Shown: positions 15,382 to 24,573 of the stretch, one piece after another
Position numbering within the stretch: the stretch's first letter is position 1
Layout: every line of letters starts with the position of its first letter
Source of the DNA: an uncultured Candidatus Saccharibacteria bacterium
GTDB lineage: Bacteria > Patescibacteriota > Minisyncoccia > Phycocordibacterales > UBA918
DNA: 45,886 nucleotides
NCBI GenBank assembly: GCA_964517185.1
Contig: CAZFBT010000002.1
Span: 1-45,886, forward strand
Reading direction: 5' to 3'
The notes under the pieces: model-generated
Databases searched by the model: none
What the model was told of the DNA's origin: nothing
The model's input: only the letters and a program-made list of their open reading frames with translations
Position numbers and translations under genes: made by a program

Positions 15382-15461
15382 TCACTTGCCATCCGTTCTT
15401 CTACCAGTAGAAACGCGAACTGGCGAAGCGCCTCGTCGCGTGGAATCAACGCTTTGTTCAA

Positions 15462-15489
15462 AAAACCCTTCGATTAATCGAAAGGTTTT
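15462..15489 (-). terminator. Rho-independent terminator of secA
   Basis: On minus-strand RNA the stem is CCUUUCGA-UUAA-UCGAAGGG, extended by A/U pairs and followed by UUUUUUG. The single non-Watson-Crick position is a G-U wobble on the minus strand but a C-A mismatch on the plus strand, which supports the minus orientation. It lies 73 nt downstream of the secA stop. Confidence 0.7.
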
Positions 15490-15561
15490 ATTCTCACATC
15501 TTCTACTATCCCATTCTGCGTATCAGATCAACTTGTTGGGTGAAGCACTACCAGCACTCTA

Positions 15562-18087
15562 CTACGAAACGAGCTTCCACTCACCCGAAGCAATGAGTGG
15601 CTCTGCTTTCTTGAACTTGAGTTCCTTCGTATCGGTGCCATTCGAGATCGTCACTATCTCATTCCGGCCATGTCGCTCTTCGCGGCGAGCAGGGGTTCTA
15701 TTCCGTGAAGCAGTTTCAGTATTCGTCGCACCACCCGCAAGCTGTGCCTGCGCCTGTGCTTTCCGAAGCGCAGCCTCTTCCCTGTCGACTGCGGCCATCT
15801 GCACATTTGGGATTATTTCTGCGATACGGTGAAGCGCGGCTTCCTGCATTTCGCGAAAGAGTCGGACGCTCTCTTTCCGATATTCGATGAGGGGATCCTG
15901 CTGTCCATATGCGCGAAGAGAGACGCTCGAGCGAGTGTGCTGCATGACCTCGAGGTGCTCGACCCAGAGGATGTCATATACCTGGAGCATGAGTCGACGG
16001 ACGATCTCATACCACTTCTCTTCCCCAAACTCACGTTTGCGTGCCTCTATCGAGGCCCTTACCCCAGGAACAACCTCGGTGACCTCCCCGAGTATCACTT
16101 CGATATCCTCTCGGGAGCCGAGAAGGAGTTTTCGTCTTCGTGCGTATACGATGACGCGCTGTTGGTTGAGGACGTTGTCGTACGCGAGGACGTGCTTGCG
16201 GGCGTCGAAGTGGAATCCCTCAATTTTCTTCTGAGCCGATTCGAGGGACTTCGTGATCATGCTGTTCTCGATAGGCTGATCTTCGGGGATGCCGAACCGT
16301 CCCATCATGTTCTTTACCATATCGCTCGCGAAGACGCGCATGAGAGAATCCTCCATGGAGACGAAGAACTGTGTCTCGCCCGGATCACCCTGGCGCCCAG
16401 CGCGACCGCGAAGCTGATTGTCGATGCGCCGAGCCTCGTGACGTTCCGTACCGATGACAAAGAGCCCACCGAGTGCCCGTATCTCGTCTCCCTCTTCCTT
16501 CGTCGCTTCAGTACCACCCAGTTTGATGTCCACGCCTCGGCCCGCCATGTTGGTCGCGAGCGTCACCTTGCCTTTCTTTCCCGCATCCGCGATGATTTCA
16601 CCTTCCCGCTCATGATTCTTCGCATTAAGGATCTCGTGCGCGATGCCTGCCTCGGTGAGTGCGGCGCCCAACTGTTCGTTCTTCTCTATGGAAACAGTGC
16701 CGATAAGAATAGGCTGACCCTTTGCATTTATCTCCTTCACCCTCTTGATGAGCGCCGCATACTTCCCACGCTCAGTCTGAAAGATGAGGTCATTGTGGTC
16801 CTTGCGGGCGATGTCGCGGTGGGTTGGGACAGGGATGACATCGAGCCGGTAGACCGAGTAGAACTCCTCCTGCGAGGTGAGTGCGGTTCCGGTCATGCCC
16901 GCGAGCTTCTCGTACATGCGGAAGTAGTTCTGGAACGTGATGGACGCGTACGTACGAGACTCTTTCTGGATGGAAACGCCCTCCTTCGCCTCGATGGCCT
17001 GGTGGAGCCCGTCAGACCAGCGACGGCCCGGCTGGAGCCGGCCAGTGAACTCGTCTACGATGACGACCTCGTTATCGCGGACGACGTACTCCTTGTCGCG
17101 CGTGTAGAGGGCCTTGGCGCGCACCGCGGTCTCAAGGTGGTGGACGTACTTAATGCCGCGGTCAGTGTAGATGTTCTCGATGCCGAGCATCTTCTCGGCT
17201 GCCTCGACGCCCGCGTCGGTGAGAGTGGCGCTCTTCAGCTTCTCATCGACCTCGAAGTGCTCTCCCACGCGGAGCGTCGAGGCTATGCGGGCGAAGACCG
17301 TGTAGAGGTTCTCTGAGTCCTCGGCTGGCGCGGAGATGATGAGCGGCGTACGCGCCTCATCAATGAGAATGGAGTCAACTTCGTCGATGATAGCGTAGGC
17401 GTGCTCGCGCTGGCGGAGATTCGCGACGTCAAATTCTATGTTGTCGCGGAGGTAGTCGAACCCGTACTCGTTGTTCGTTCCGTACGTGATATCCGCATCA
17501 TATGCTTCCTTCCGTGTCGACGGCCGGAGGAACTTGTAGAACACCTTGAAGGAACCTTCCGCATCGCGTTCGGCATCATCCTCAATGTGCGCAGAATCAT
17601 ACCGATACGACGTATTCTGATTGATGACGCCCACAGAGAGTCCGAGCGCTGCGTACACTTGCCCCATCCACGCCGCATCGCGGCGCGCGAGATAGTCATT
17701 CACCGTGACGACGTGGACACCCTTTCCGGCAAGTGCATTAAGGTACGCGGGAAGTGTGCCGACGAGCGTCTTACCCTCACCGGTGCGCATCTCGGTGACC
17801 TTACCACGATGAAGGAGGATGCCGCCGATGAGCTGGACGTCGTAGTGGCGTTGACCGAGCGTTCGCTTCGCTGCTTCACGAACGAGTGCGAACGCCTCAG
17901 GGAGTATGTCGTCGAGTGTTTCGCCACCTGAAATTCGCTCGCGGAGCGCACTCGTTCGCACAGGCAATTCGCTGTCCGTGAGCGCACTCATGTCGCCTTC
18001 GAGCGCATTGATGCGTTCGACAAGTGGCCGTATCGCCTTAAGCTCCTTCTCGTATGTGGGGCCAAAAAACTTATCTAAAAATGACAT
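15562..18087 (-). CDS. secA: Preprotein translocase ATPase SecA
   Basis: ORF 15562..18180, trimmed to ATG 18087 (MSFLDKFFGPTYEKELK, a typical SecA N-terminus). It has DEAD-motor motifs (MRTGEGKTLV, DEVDSILIDEARTPLIIS, TNMAGRGVDIKLGG). The C-terminus lacks the usual CxxC zinc-binding tail. Confidence 0.95.
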   Translation of the reverse strand: MSFLDKFFGPTYEKELKAIRPLVERINALEGDMSALTDSELPVRTSALRERISGGETLDDILPEAFALVREAAKRTLGQRHYDVQLIGGILLHRGKVTEMRTGEGKTLVGTLPAYLNALAGKGVHVVTVNDYLARRDAAWMGQVYAALGLSVGVINQNTSYRYDSAHIEDDAERDAEGSFKVFYKFLRPSTRKEAYDADITYGTNNEYGFDYLRDNIEFDVANLRQREHAYAIIDEVDSILIDEARTPLIISAPAEDSENLYTVFARIASTLRVGEHFEVDEKLKSATLTDAGVEAAEKMLGIENIYTDRGIKYVHHLETAVRAKALYTRDKEYVVRDNEVVIVDEFTGRLQPGRRWSDGLHQAIEAKEGVSIQKESRTYASITFQNYFRMYEKLAGMTGTALTSQEEFYSVYRLDVIPVPTHRDIARKDHNDLIFQTERGKYAALIKRVKEINAKGQPILIGTVSIEKNEQLGAALTEAGIAHEILNAKNHEREGEIIADAGKKGKVTLATNMAGRGVDIKLGGTEATKEEGDEIRALGGLFVIGTERHEARRIDNQLRGRAGRQGDPGETQFFVSMEDSLMRVFASDMVKNMMGRFGIPEDQPIENSMITKSLESAQKKIEGFHFDARKHVLAYDNVLNQQRVIVYARRRKLLLGSREDIEVILGEVTEVVPGVRASIEARKREFGEEKWYEIVRRLMLQVYDILWVEHLEVMQHTRSSVSLRAYGQQDPLIEYRKESVRLFREMQEAALHRIAEIIPNVQMAAVDREEAALRKAQAQAQLAGGATNTETASRNRTPARREERHGRNEIVTISNGTDTKELKFKKAEPLIASGEWKLVS

Positions 18088-18183
18088 GTTATCTATGCTC
18101 AGCTGCGAAAATCCCTCCAGTGAGCCATAAGCATAGCATGAAAGTCCGGCCAGAAAAAACGCGAAGAACTTCGCGCACAATAG

Positions 18184-18211
18184 AAAACAGCGGACGAACG
18201 TCCGCTGTTTT
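18184..18211 (-). terminator. Rho-independent terminator downstream of the small basic ORF
   Basis: AAAACAGCGGAC-GAAC-GTCCGCTGTTTT, a 12-bp perfect stem, followed on the minus strand by TTTTCTA. It lies 21 nt after the stop at 18232. Confidence 0.7.
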
Positions 18212-18231
18212 CTGCTCTGTGGAGCAAGCGA

Positions 18232-18318
18232 CTACTTGCGCTTTGCTGACTTTCGCTTTGCGGTCTTCTTCGCCTTTCGCTTAGCTGGAGCCTTCTTTGC
18301 CTTCTTCTTGACTGGCAT
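18232..18318 (-). CDS. Putative 28-aa Lys/Arg/Ala-rich small basic protein
   Basis: Hand-translated product: MPVKKKAKKAPAKRKAKKTAKRKSAKRK*. It is too short for the ORF track. It sits alone between murB and secA with its own downstream terminator. No Shine-Dalgarno is obvious, so its coding status is unproven. Confidence 0.4.
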   Translation of the reverse strand: MPVKKKAKKAPAKRKAKKTAKRKSAKRK

Positions 18319-18530
18319 GTGGTAAGTGAAATTGAATACCTGGTAATCAATTCGACCGCATTGTTCTCCTTCCAAAGAGCATGGTGTCGAGAGAACTTCT
18401 GCTTACGTATATTATCCAGAATAAAAAATTTTTATACAAGAGAAAAAATTTTTTTGTGTGGATAAGTTTCACACAGAAGAATTTTCAAAACGTTTTCGCG
18501 CATGAGATTTTTCAAAAAATTTTGCGCACA

Positions 18531-19553
18531 TCACGCGAGCGTGACGACCTCACGTTCGATACTGATACCGAGTTCTCTTTCGACACGCTCATGTATCATT
18601 GCGGCGAGACGCTCAACGTCCTCCGCACGACTGCCACCATGATTGACGATGACGAGCGCCTGCTTCTCGTGAAGTCCTACCGCACCATCGCGGTACCCCT
18701 TGAGGTTGAGGATGCGATCGAGCACGAACCCGAGCGGGAGTTTCATGTCACCCGAAGGCACCGGTATCTCTGGCAAGTCTGGAAAACGCTCCTGAAGCGC
18801 CTTGAATTTATCACGTGACACGACGGGATTCTTGAAGAACGAGCCTGCAGTACCTGTGACATGCCAGTCTGGGAGCTTCGCGGTACGAATCGCGATGACT
18901 GCATCGCGGATGGCAGTGAGTGTCGGAGTGACAGTCTCGAATCGTTTTGCGAGCTCGCCATAGCCGACCTGCGGTCGCGCTTCGCGGATGAGTCGGTATG
19001 TGACCCGAGTCACTATGAGGTGCTTCCCCCCAGGCCGCTTGAAGTACGAATCACGATAACCGAACTCGCAATCCGTGCATGACAATGTAAGACGTTCGCC
19101 ACTTATACTATCGATGCAGTCAACCGACTCGATAAGGTCTTTCACTTCAACTCCATATGCGCCGACGTTCTGTACCGGCGTCGCACCAACCGTCCCTGGA
19201 ATGAGGGAGAGATTCTCCATGCCCCAGATGTCTTTGTTCACCAGTGCTCCAATGAGTTCGTCGAGCACGACACCCGCGCCCGCGGAAACGAGAACATCCT
19301 TGCCCTCCTCCGCATACGTGATATCCGGGATGGCTATTCGTATGACGAGGCCACGGACACCCGCATCCGAAACAAGCACATTCGAGCCGCCACCGAGGAC
19401 GGAAATCGCCACATGCTTTTCCCTTGCCCACGCGAGTGCCGAAAGGAGTTCACCTTCGCTCATCACATTCACGAAGAATTCAGCAGGTCCGCCGATGCCG
19501 AAGGTTGTATACGGTGCGAGTGGGATGCCCTCCTCGACATGAAGCGCAGTCAT
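18531..19553 (-). CDS. murB: UDP-N-acetylenolpyruvoylglucosamine reductase
   Basis: 340 aa with LAPYTTFGIGGPAEFF, SVLGGGSNVLVSD, GAGSFFKNP and the C-terminal MurB domain pattern. Confidence 0.9.
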   Translation of the reverse strand: MTALHVEEGIPLAPYTTFGIGGPAEFFVNVMSEGELLSALAWAREKHVAISVLGGGSNVLVSDAGVRGLVIRIAIPDITYAEEGKDVLVSAGAGVVLDELIGALVNKDIWGMENLSLIPGTVGATPVQNVGAYGVEVKDLIESVDCIDSISGERLTLSCTDCEFGYRDSYFKRPGGKHLIVTRVTYRLIREARPQVGYGELAKRFETVTPTLTAIRDAVIAIRTAKLPDWHVTGTAGSFFKNPVVSRDKFKALQERFPDLPEIPVPSGDMKLPLGFVLDRILNLKGYRDGAVGLHEKQALVIVNHGGSRAEDVERLAAMIHERVERELGISIEREVVTLA

Positions 19554-19669
19554 ATGCGGGACTTAGTATACCGTATACCCTGCACGAAACTCGCCATACG
19601 AGACGAGCTGGGTGGTGCCGTTCCCCAGTGCGTGCATTAGGGCGTGGGTGTGCTTTCGGCGCTCACCTC

Positions 19670-21859
19670 TCATTCTGGAGTCTGCCCGGGTATCTTCCCC
19701 ATGAGAAGATCCGCTATGAATTGCTTCGCCTGTGGTTCGAACTCGGGGATGTCCGCTGCTGCTTTGTTGAGGGTTTCGATCGCGGCATCGCGGTCTCCGG
19801 ACTCATTCTGTATGTACGCGAGATTCGTGCGCGCCTGCGTGTCTGAGGGATTCGCCTCAATACGGTACTTGAAGAGTTCGACGAGGAGTGGATACTCCTT
19901 TGCCACGTAAGTCGCCTGCACGGCGAGATCGCTCTGCGAGAAAGCCCGCCGAGCATCTTCGGTATCGAGGAGCCCACGGGCCGCATCAGCATTGCCATCG
20001 TAGAGCAGACCGATCGCATAGTAGTGCTTCGCCTCGGTATACGATGTATCGAGCTCATACGCTTCCTTAAAAAGTGTGGTCGCGGTCGCGTATTCGCCTT
20101 TCTGGAGGTGTGCGAGTCCCTGCTCAAAAATGATCTGCTGTTTTTTGGGTGAGAGCTCACGTGCCTTCACAAGCTGTTCGATTGCTTTGTCGACCTGCCC
20201 GCTCATCCGATAGAAGGAACTGATGAAGACCCGCACGCGAGCATCGTCCGGCTTGTTCTCGACTTCCTTGAGAAGCTCCTCTTCGACTCGCGTCATGTAA
20301 CGCTGTTTGAGCTCATCGGAAGCATTGGGAGCATTCTGAATGTTCTGTGCCTGACGAGTCATCTGCTCGCGTATCTCCTGATCCGCGAACGAGCCGCGAG
20401 AGAGCGCGCGCTCGAACGCATTGAGCGTTCCCTCGGGAGTCTGGGTACGGAATGCGTCGATGATGTCTCGAGCGGCAAGGATACCTGGCGCATTCACGAA
20501 GTAGAGAGTGGCGACGAGCGCGACGCCGACGACCGGCGCCGCAATCTGGTCAATAATTGAGCGGTCCACCTTCGCCCCTTCGACGCGAGCGACTGGTGAT
20601 GCGACACGCGCGTGGATCAAGCCGAGAAAGGCAGCGTAGTAGATATAGCTAACGATGTTATCGAAGACAAAGAGGTTGTGAAAGACGTATCCTGCGAAGA
20701 GTCCGAGAATGACGCCACGCTCGATGACTGTGAAGGATTCGTCCTGTCGTATGAGCGGCCGAATGAAGAGATAGAAGAGTGCCGCACCGAGAATGGAGAA
20801 GTACGCAATGAAACCTAACACACCGCCTGCGATGAGCCAATCAAAAACAATGTTGTGGACTCGATCGTACCAAGGCTCAGCAAAGTAGATGGAGGGGTCG
20901 AACTGTTTGTTGAAGACGTAGTTGAAATTGCTCTGCCCCCAGCCGAGTACGGGCCGCTCCTTGAACCCCTCGAAGGCCATCTTCCACACTGTAAAACGAA
21001 CGTTACCTTCAGAGAGGGTGATGTTCGCGACTCGGCCGAGATAGGGGTTCTGCTGGATGAACTCGGACTTCCGGAACGCGATGAAGAGTCCAACGATGAC
21101 GACAAGCGTGATGAGTCCTCCAGCGGCGAACTTCCGCACGCGCGGGTACTGTGTCGAGAAGAGCGCGATGTACGCGGTCGTGACGCCGAGTCCGCCCACG
21201 AGACCGAGAATGGTACCGCGAGTCGCCGTCTGGATGAGGAGGTACGTGAAGAGGGCGACAAGTGCGCCGTAGACATACCGCATCCCCACTGACTTCGTGC
21301 GAAGGAGCATGTAGAGCGCAATGAAGACATGGAAAAGTGTGTAAATCGCCATGTACGCGGAATTTCCGAGTGTCCCGTCGAGGCGCCACCCGCCTTGGTT
21401 GATGGTGATGTTCCCCGAGAGCTGAGCAAAGGCGTAGAGTGCGAGGATGACGCCAGCCGCTAGTGTCGCATTGAACCAACGGTCCCAAAGCTTATCAGTC
21501 GAGAGGACGCTCCCCATGACGAGGAAGAAGAGGAACGCATGAACGAGGGTCACATATCCCTCCATACGCTCGTAGTTGCTCCAAAAGCTGGCATTCGGGT
21601 CAGCACCAAACGCATTCGCGAAAACCATCACCACGAGAAGTGATGCAAAGCCTGCGAGTATACAGGAAAACTTCGGTCGATAGCGAGGCTCGTAGAGTGC
21701 GAGGATGACCCACGCCGCAAAGACGATCTCGACAATGATCCGAAAGGTGAAGTTCTTACCCGTGATGAATGGGAAGAACATCGAGTTCGCGATGATGAGG
21801 GGGATAAAGGGGACGGCGAAGATGCCGAGGTACACGAGTCCTTTTGCGATGTCTTTCAT
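19670..21859 (-). CDS. O-antigen-ligase/Wzy-like polytopic membrane protein fused to C-terminal TPR repeats
   Basis: 729 aa. The N-terminal ~440 aa have at least 10 TM helices with a large loop (Wzy_C-like organisation). The C-terminal ~250 aa contain repeated TPR-like A..Y...G motifs (EYATATTLFKEAYELDTSYTEAKHYYAIGLLYDGNADAA...). Confidence 0.65.
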   Translation of the reverse strand: MKDIAKGLVYLGIFAVPFIPLIIANSMFFPFITGKNFTFRIIVEIVFAAWVILALYEPRYRPKFSCILAGFASLLVVMVFANAFGADPNASFWSNYERMEGYVTLVHAFLFFLVMGSVLSTDKLWDRWFNATLAAGVILALYAFAQLSGNITINQGGWRLDGTLGNSAYMAIYTLFHVFIALYMLLRTKSVGMRYVYGALVALFTYLLIQTATRGTILGLVGGLGVTTAYIALFSTQYPRVRKFAAGGLITLVVIVGLFIAFRKSEFIQQNPYLGRVANITLSEGNVRFTVWKMAFEGFKERPVLGWGQSNFNYVFNKQFDPSIYFAEPWYDRVHNIVFDWLIAGGVLGFIAYFSILGAALFYLFIRPLIRQDESFTVIERGVILGLFAGYVFHNLFVFDNIVSYIYYAAFLGLIHARVASPVARVEGAKVDRSIIDQIAAPVVGVALVATLYFVNAPGILAARDIIDAFRTQTPEGTLNAFERALSRGSFADQEIREQMTRQAQNIQNAPNASDELKQRYMTRVEEELLKEVENKPDDARVRVFISSFYRMSGQVDKAIEQLVKARELSPKKQQIIFEQGLAHLQKGEYATATTLFKEAYELDTSYTEAKHYYAIGLLYDGNADAARGLLDTEDARRAFSQSDLAVQATYVAKEYPLLVELFKYRIEANPSDTQARTNLAYIQNESGDRDAAIETLNKAAADIPEFEPQAKQFIADLLMGKIPGQTPE

Positions 21860-22064
21860 CCCGTTAGAAGTTATTGATTTCTCTAATAAATCTCATACTG
21901 ACCACAGTGCCTACTCTGTCCAGAATAGCAATTTGCTCTCTCATAACTTCCAACGGATTCATCGTGAAACGATACACTAAAATTAATAGCTACAGTGCCG
22001 TGCCAGGAACTATACCACACTCAAAACCTCGTATAAAACACAAAAGTCGGACCCTCGCGTGCTG

Positions 22065-23720
22065 CTATTTTCGTGTGATAACACCACGCGCAACGAGAAG
22101 ATCAAGAATGCTCTCGACGAGTTCCTCTGGGGTTGCTTCTTCAGTCTTCAAGATGAGCTCGGGCCGCTCTGGCACCTCGTACGGGTCGTCGATGCCAGTG
22201 AAGTTCTTGATGAGTCCCTTCTTAGCTTTCTCATAGAGACCCTTCGTGTCTCGTCGTGCGCACTCCTCGAGTGATGTGTCGACGAAGAGCTCAATGAACT
22301 CGCCATAGTGTTCGATGCGGTTCCTGACCTGACGACGCGCCTCGCGGTACGGCGCGATGAGCGCCGTGATGACGATGCCACCGTGGCGGACAATCTCACC
22401 GGCAACGAACCCTACTCGGCAGACGTTCTCGTCGCGGTCCTCCTTCGAGAACCCGAGTCCTTTCGAGAGGTGATCGCGGATGACATCGCCGTCAAGGAGC
22501 GTCACCTCGCGGTCCTGGAGCTCCTGGAGCCACGCGACGAGGAGCTGTGCGATAGTCGACTTCCCCGAGCAGGAGAGCCCGGTGAAGAAGAGGCAGACTC
22601 CCGGACGTGAGTCACGCCTCGTGCTCTCGCGGAGTATGTCGATGGATTCCTTAAAGGAGAACCACTCGGGTATCTCCTCTCCCTCGCGGAGACGGCGGCG
22701 GAACTCGGTGCCAGAGATGTTCTCTATCTCATCCTCATCGGTGACCTCACTCGTCGCGACGTAGGCGCCTCGCGTTTTCGAGTACGCGAGCTCATCCGAG
22801 TCGACGATAGTGATGCCGACCTCATCGGCGAACTTGAGTGCGAGCTCGCGCGCCTCATAGGGCCCATAGAAATCCTTACCCTGCTTGTCCTTGCCGGGCC
22901 CCGCATGATCGCGACCAACAATAAAGTGCGTACAGCCGTAGTTCTTGCGGATGATAGAATGCCACACTGCCTCGCGGGGTCCACCCATGCGCATCGCGAG
23001 GGGGAGGAGCGAGAGTTCGGTGAAATCCTTCGCGTAGTTCGTGTGGACGACGTGGTATGTGCGAACACGGGTCACGTAGTCGATGTCGCCTGGTTTCGTC
23101 ATGCCGACGACCGGATGGATGAGGACGGGTGCACCGGTCTTCTCGTGCGCGCGGCGAACGAGCTCGAAGTGTGCTCGGTGCATGGGATTCCGTGTCTGGA
23201 ATCCAACGACCTTGTCCCACCCGCGCTCCCGAAAGAGCGCCTTGAGCTCCGTGGGCGTCCGTCGCCACGCCTTGAAGTCGTGGCGAATGGGTAGCCCGAG
23301 CATCGTCAGCGTCCCGCCGAGGTACACGTCGCCCATCTCCTCCATGAGGTACTGGACGCCGGGGTGTGTCCGGTCCTGCGTCCCATACACCTTGAGCGCC
23401 TCATGGTTCTTGTTCGGCGTGTAGCGCGAAGAGACCGCCATGATGGCGAGCGGGTTCCCGAATGGGTCACAGAGAACGATGCGGTCACCTGCGCCATAGG
23501 GCGAATCCGCCTCGACATCGAGCACAATGGGTATCGGAAAGAGTGAACCGTCCGTGAGCCGCATCGTCTCGACGACCGACTCGTAGTCTTCCTTATCCAT
23601 GAAGCCTCTGACCGGCAGGAACCCGCCAACAAGCATGACCTCAAGGTCATGGAGTGCTCGACCCTTGAGGTTGAGTCGCGGGAGCGTGAGCAGATCGTCC
23701 GTCATAACTGGGTTTGGCAT
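22065..23720 (-). CDS. sat: Bifunctional sulfate adenylyltransferase / adenylylsulfate kinase (PAPS synthase)
   Basis: ATP-sulfurylase motifs QTRNPMHRAHFEL and GPREAVWHSIIRKNYGCTHFIVGRDHAG. C-terminal APS-kinase P-loop FFTGLSCSGKSTIAQLL. The track start at 23774 is a GTG. ATG 23720 (MPNPVMTDD) is preferred because a TATTAT hexamer lies 8 nt upstream. Confidence 0.9.
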   Translation of the reverse strand: MPNPVMTDDLLTLPRLNLKGRALHDLEVMLVGGFLPVRGFMDKEDYESVVETMRLTDGSLFPIPIVLDVEADSPYGAGDRIVLCDPFGNPLAIMAVSSRYTPNKNHEALKVYGTQDRTHPGVQYLMEEMGDVYLGGTLTMLGLPIRHDFKAWRRTPTELKALFRERGWDKVVGFQTRNPMHRAHFELVRRAHEKTGAPVLIHPVVGMTKPGDIDYVTRVRTYHVVHTNYAKDFTELSLLPLAMRMGGPREAVWHSIIRKNYGCTHFIVGRDHAGPGKDKQGKDFYGPYEARELALKFADEVGITIVDSDELAYSKTRGAYVATSEVTDEDEIENISGTEFRRRLREGEEIPEWFSFKESIDILRESTRRDSRPGVCLFFTGLSCSGKSTIAQLLVAWLQELQDREVTLLDGDVIRDHLSKGLGFSKEDRDENVCRVGFVAGEIVRHGGIVITALIAPYREARRQVRNRIEHYGEFIELFVDTSLEECARRDTKGLYEKAKKGLIKNFTGIDDPYEVPERPELILKTEEATPEELVESILDLLVARGVITRK

Positions 23721-23728
23721 AGGGACAG

Positions 23729-23758
23729 ATAATATCGTACTTGTGTGTCTGTATTCAA
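23729..23758 (-). promoter_or_regulatory. Candidate leaderless-type promoter of sat-cysC
   Basis: Minus strand reads TTGAAT (23753-23758), 18 nt, TATTAT (23729-23734), 8 nt, ATG (23720). Confidence 0.45.
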
Positions 23759-23795
23759 CACCCCCTATAACCACCAGGTACTAGGAAAGTTGTAC

Positions 23796-23840
23796 GCGAA
23801 CGCCCGCCCCTCCGCCTTTGGCGGAGGGGCGGGCGTTCGC
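23796..23840. other. Perfect 21-bp GC-rich hairpin
   Basis: GCGAACGCCCGCCCCTCCGCC-TTT-GGCGGAGGGGCGGGCGTTCGC. No U-tract on either side. It sits between the TA cassette and the sat promoter. Confidence 0.85.
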
Positions 23841-23849
23841 CCCACTCCT

Positions 23850-23868
23850 TATTCTCTATCTTCTATCC
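23850..23868. repeat. 19-bp direct repeat, left copy (TATTCTCTATCTTCTATCC)
   Basis: Exact match to 24696..24714. The two copies bracket the RelB/RelE cassette. Confidence 0.9.
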
Positions 23869-24037
23869 CCTTTTTCTAGCTCTTAGCCATTGCTGTTAGC
23901 TGTTAGAAACGGTTCAGTGCTCGATTCTCAAATTTTCTATATTCTCAATTCAATATTCAATATTCTCTATCCTCTATTTCCAATTCCCTACCCCCTATCC
24001 AATATTCCCTATCCTCTATTTCTATATTTTCTATTCC

Positions 24038-24298
24038 CTATCCGTAGAGCTCGCTGTGGGTGCCGATGAGTCCGAAGGTGATGACCTCGTCCGCTTCACG
24101 CTTAAAGAGCGCGCGTACGTCGCCGGTGACATTCATACTCCAGTATCCTCTGAAGCGCCCCAGGAGCGGATGTACGCGCAACAGCGGATGGAGCGGTTCA
24201 GTCATGAATAGGTCGATACGTTCGTCAAATCGCCTTTGAATAGATGCGGGGAGCTTCCGGTACTGTTTCTTGAACGTCGGCGTATACCGCAAATCCAT
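24038..24298 (-). CDS. relE: RelE/ParE-superfamily type II toxin (mRNA interferase)
   Basis: 86 aa: MDLRYTPTFKKQYRKLPASIQRRFDERIDLFMTEPLHPLLRVHPLLGRFRGYWSMNVTGDVRALFK. This is the RelE/StbE-type pattern. It lies 3 nt downstream of the antitoxin gene. Confidence 0.85.
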   Translation of the reverse strand: MDLRYTPTFKKQYRKLPASIQRRFDERIDLFMTEPLHPLLRVHPLLGRFRGYWSMNVTGDVRALFKREADEVITFGLIGTHSELYG

Positions 24299-24301
24299 GC
24301 G

Positions 24302-24571
24302 CTACCGCTTAAGGTCGGCGATGAATGCTTTGCGGTTCTTGAACCGCTTGCTCACCTTTCCTGACACGATCTCCGACTCGACCTGTGCGATGAGCGATTC
24401 GAGCTTGGGCGTCATCGGCTCGGGAGCGAAGAGTTCGATGCGGCGAGTAGCGACGACCTGTCGGAGGTACGCCTTGATGAGCGTACTAAGCGTCAAGCCG
24501 GTGCTCTCCGCAACCTCCTGCGCCTCCTTCTTGGTCTTTTTGTCTATTTTTACGCTAATGACTGTATCCAT
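24302..24571 (-). CDS. relB: RelB/DinJ-family antitoxin
   Basis: 89 aa: ISVKIDKKTKKEAQEVAESTGLTLSTLIKAYLRQVVATRRIEL (ribbon-helix-helix DinJ-like N-terminus). It is upstream of the toxin, the canonical order. Confidence 0.8.
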   Translation of the reverse strand: MDTVISVKIDKKTKKEAQEVAESTGLTLSTLIKAYLRQVVATRRIELFAPEPMTPKLESLIAQVESEIVSGKVSKRFKNRKAFIADLKR

Positions 24572-24573
24572 AT

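Noticed and set aside
15829-17316. A 495-aa plus-strand ORF (and similar long ORFs at 2557..3039, 4570..5181, 7912..8448 and 13535..13972)
   Set aside because: They lie antisense inside strongly supported genes (secA, the giant gene, obg). They have low-complexity R/L/V/D-rich products with no motifs. They are typical shadow ORFs of GC-rich coding DNA.
18347-18373. A strong Shine-Dalgarno (GGAAGGAGAA) followed by ATG CGG TCG AAT TGA
   Set aside because: It has only four codons. It may be a chance or a regulatory mini-ORF upstream of the basic peptide gene, but it cannot be supported as a gene from sequence alone.
23924-24043. A G-quadruplex or CsrA-sponge RNA on the minus strand (GGATAGGGAATA-type repeats)
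   Set aside because: The G-runs are separated by loops too long for a stable G4, apart from one marginal cluster. GGA motifs are not presented in hairpin loops, and the right-hand tract has few of them. The evidence is insufficient.
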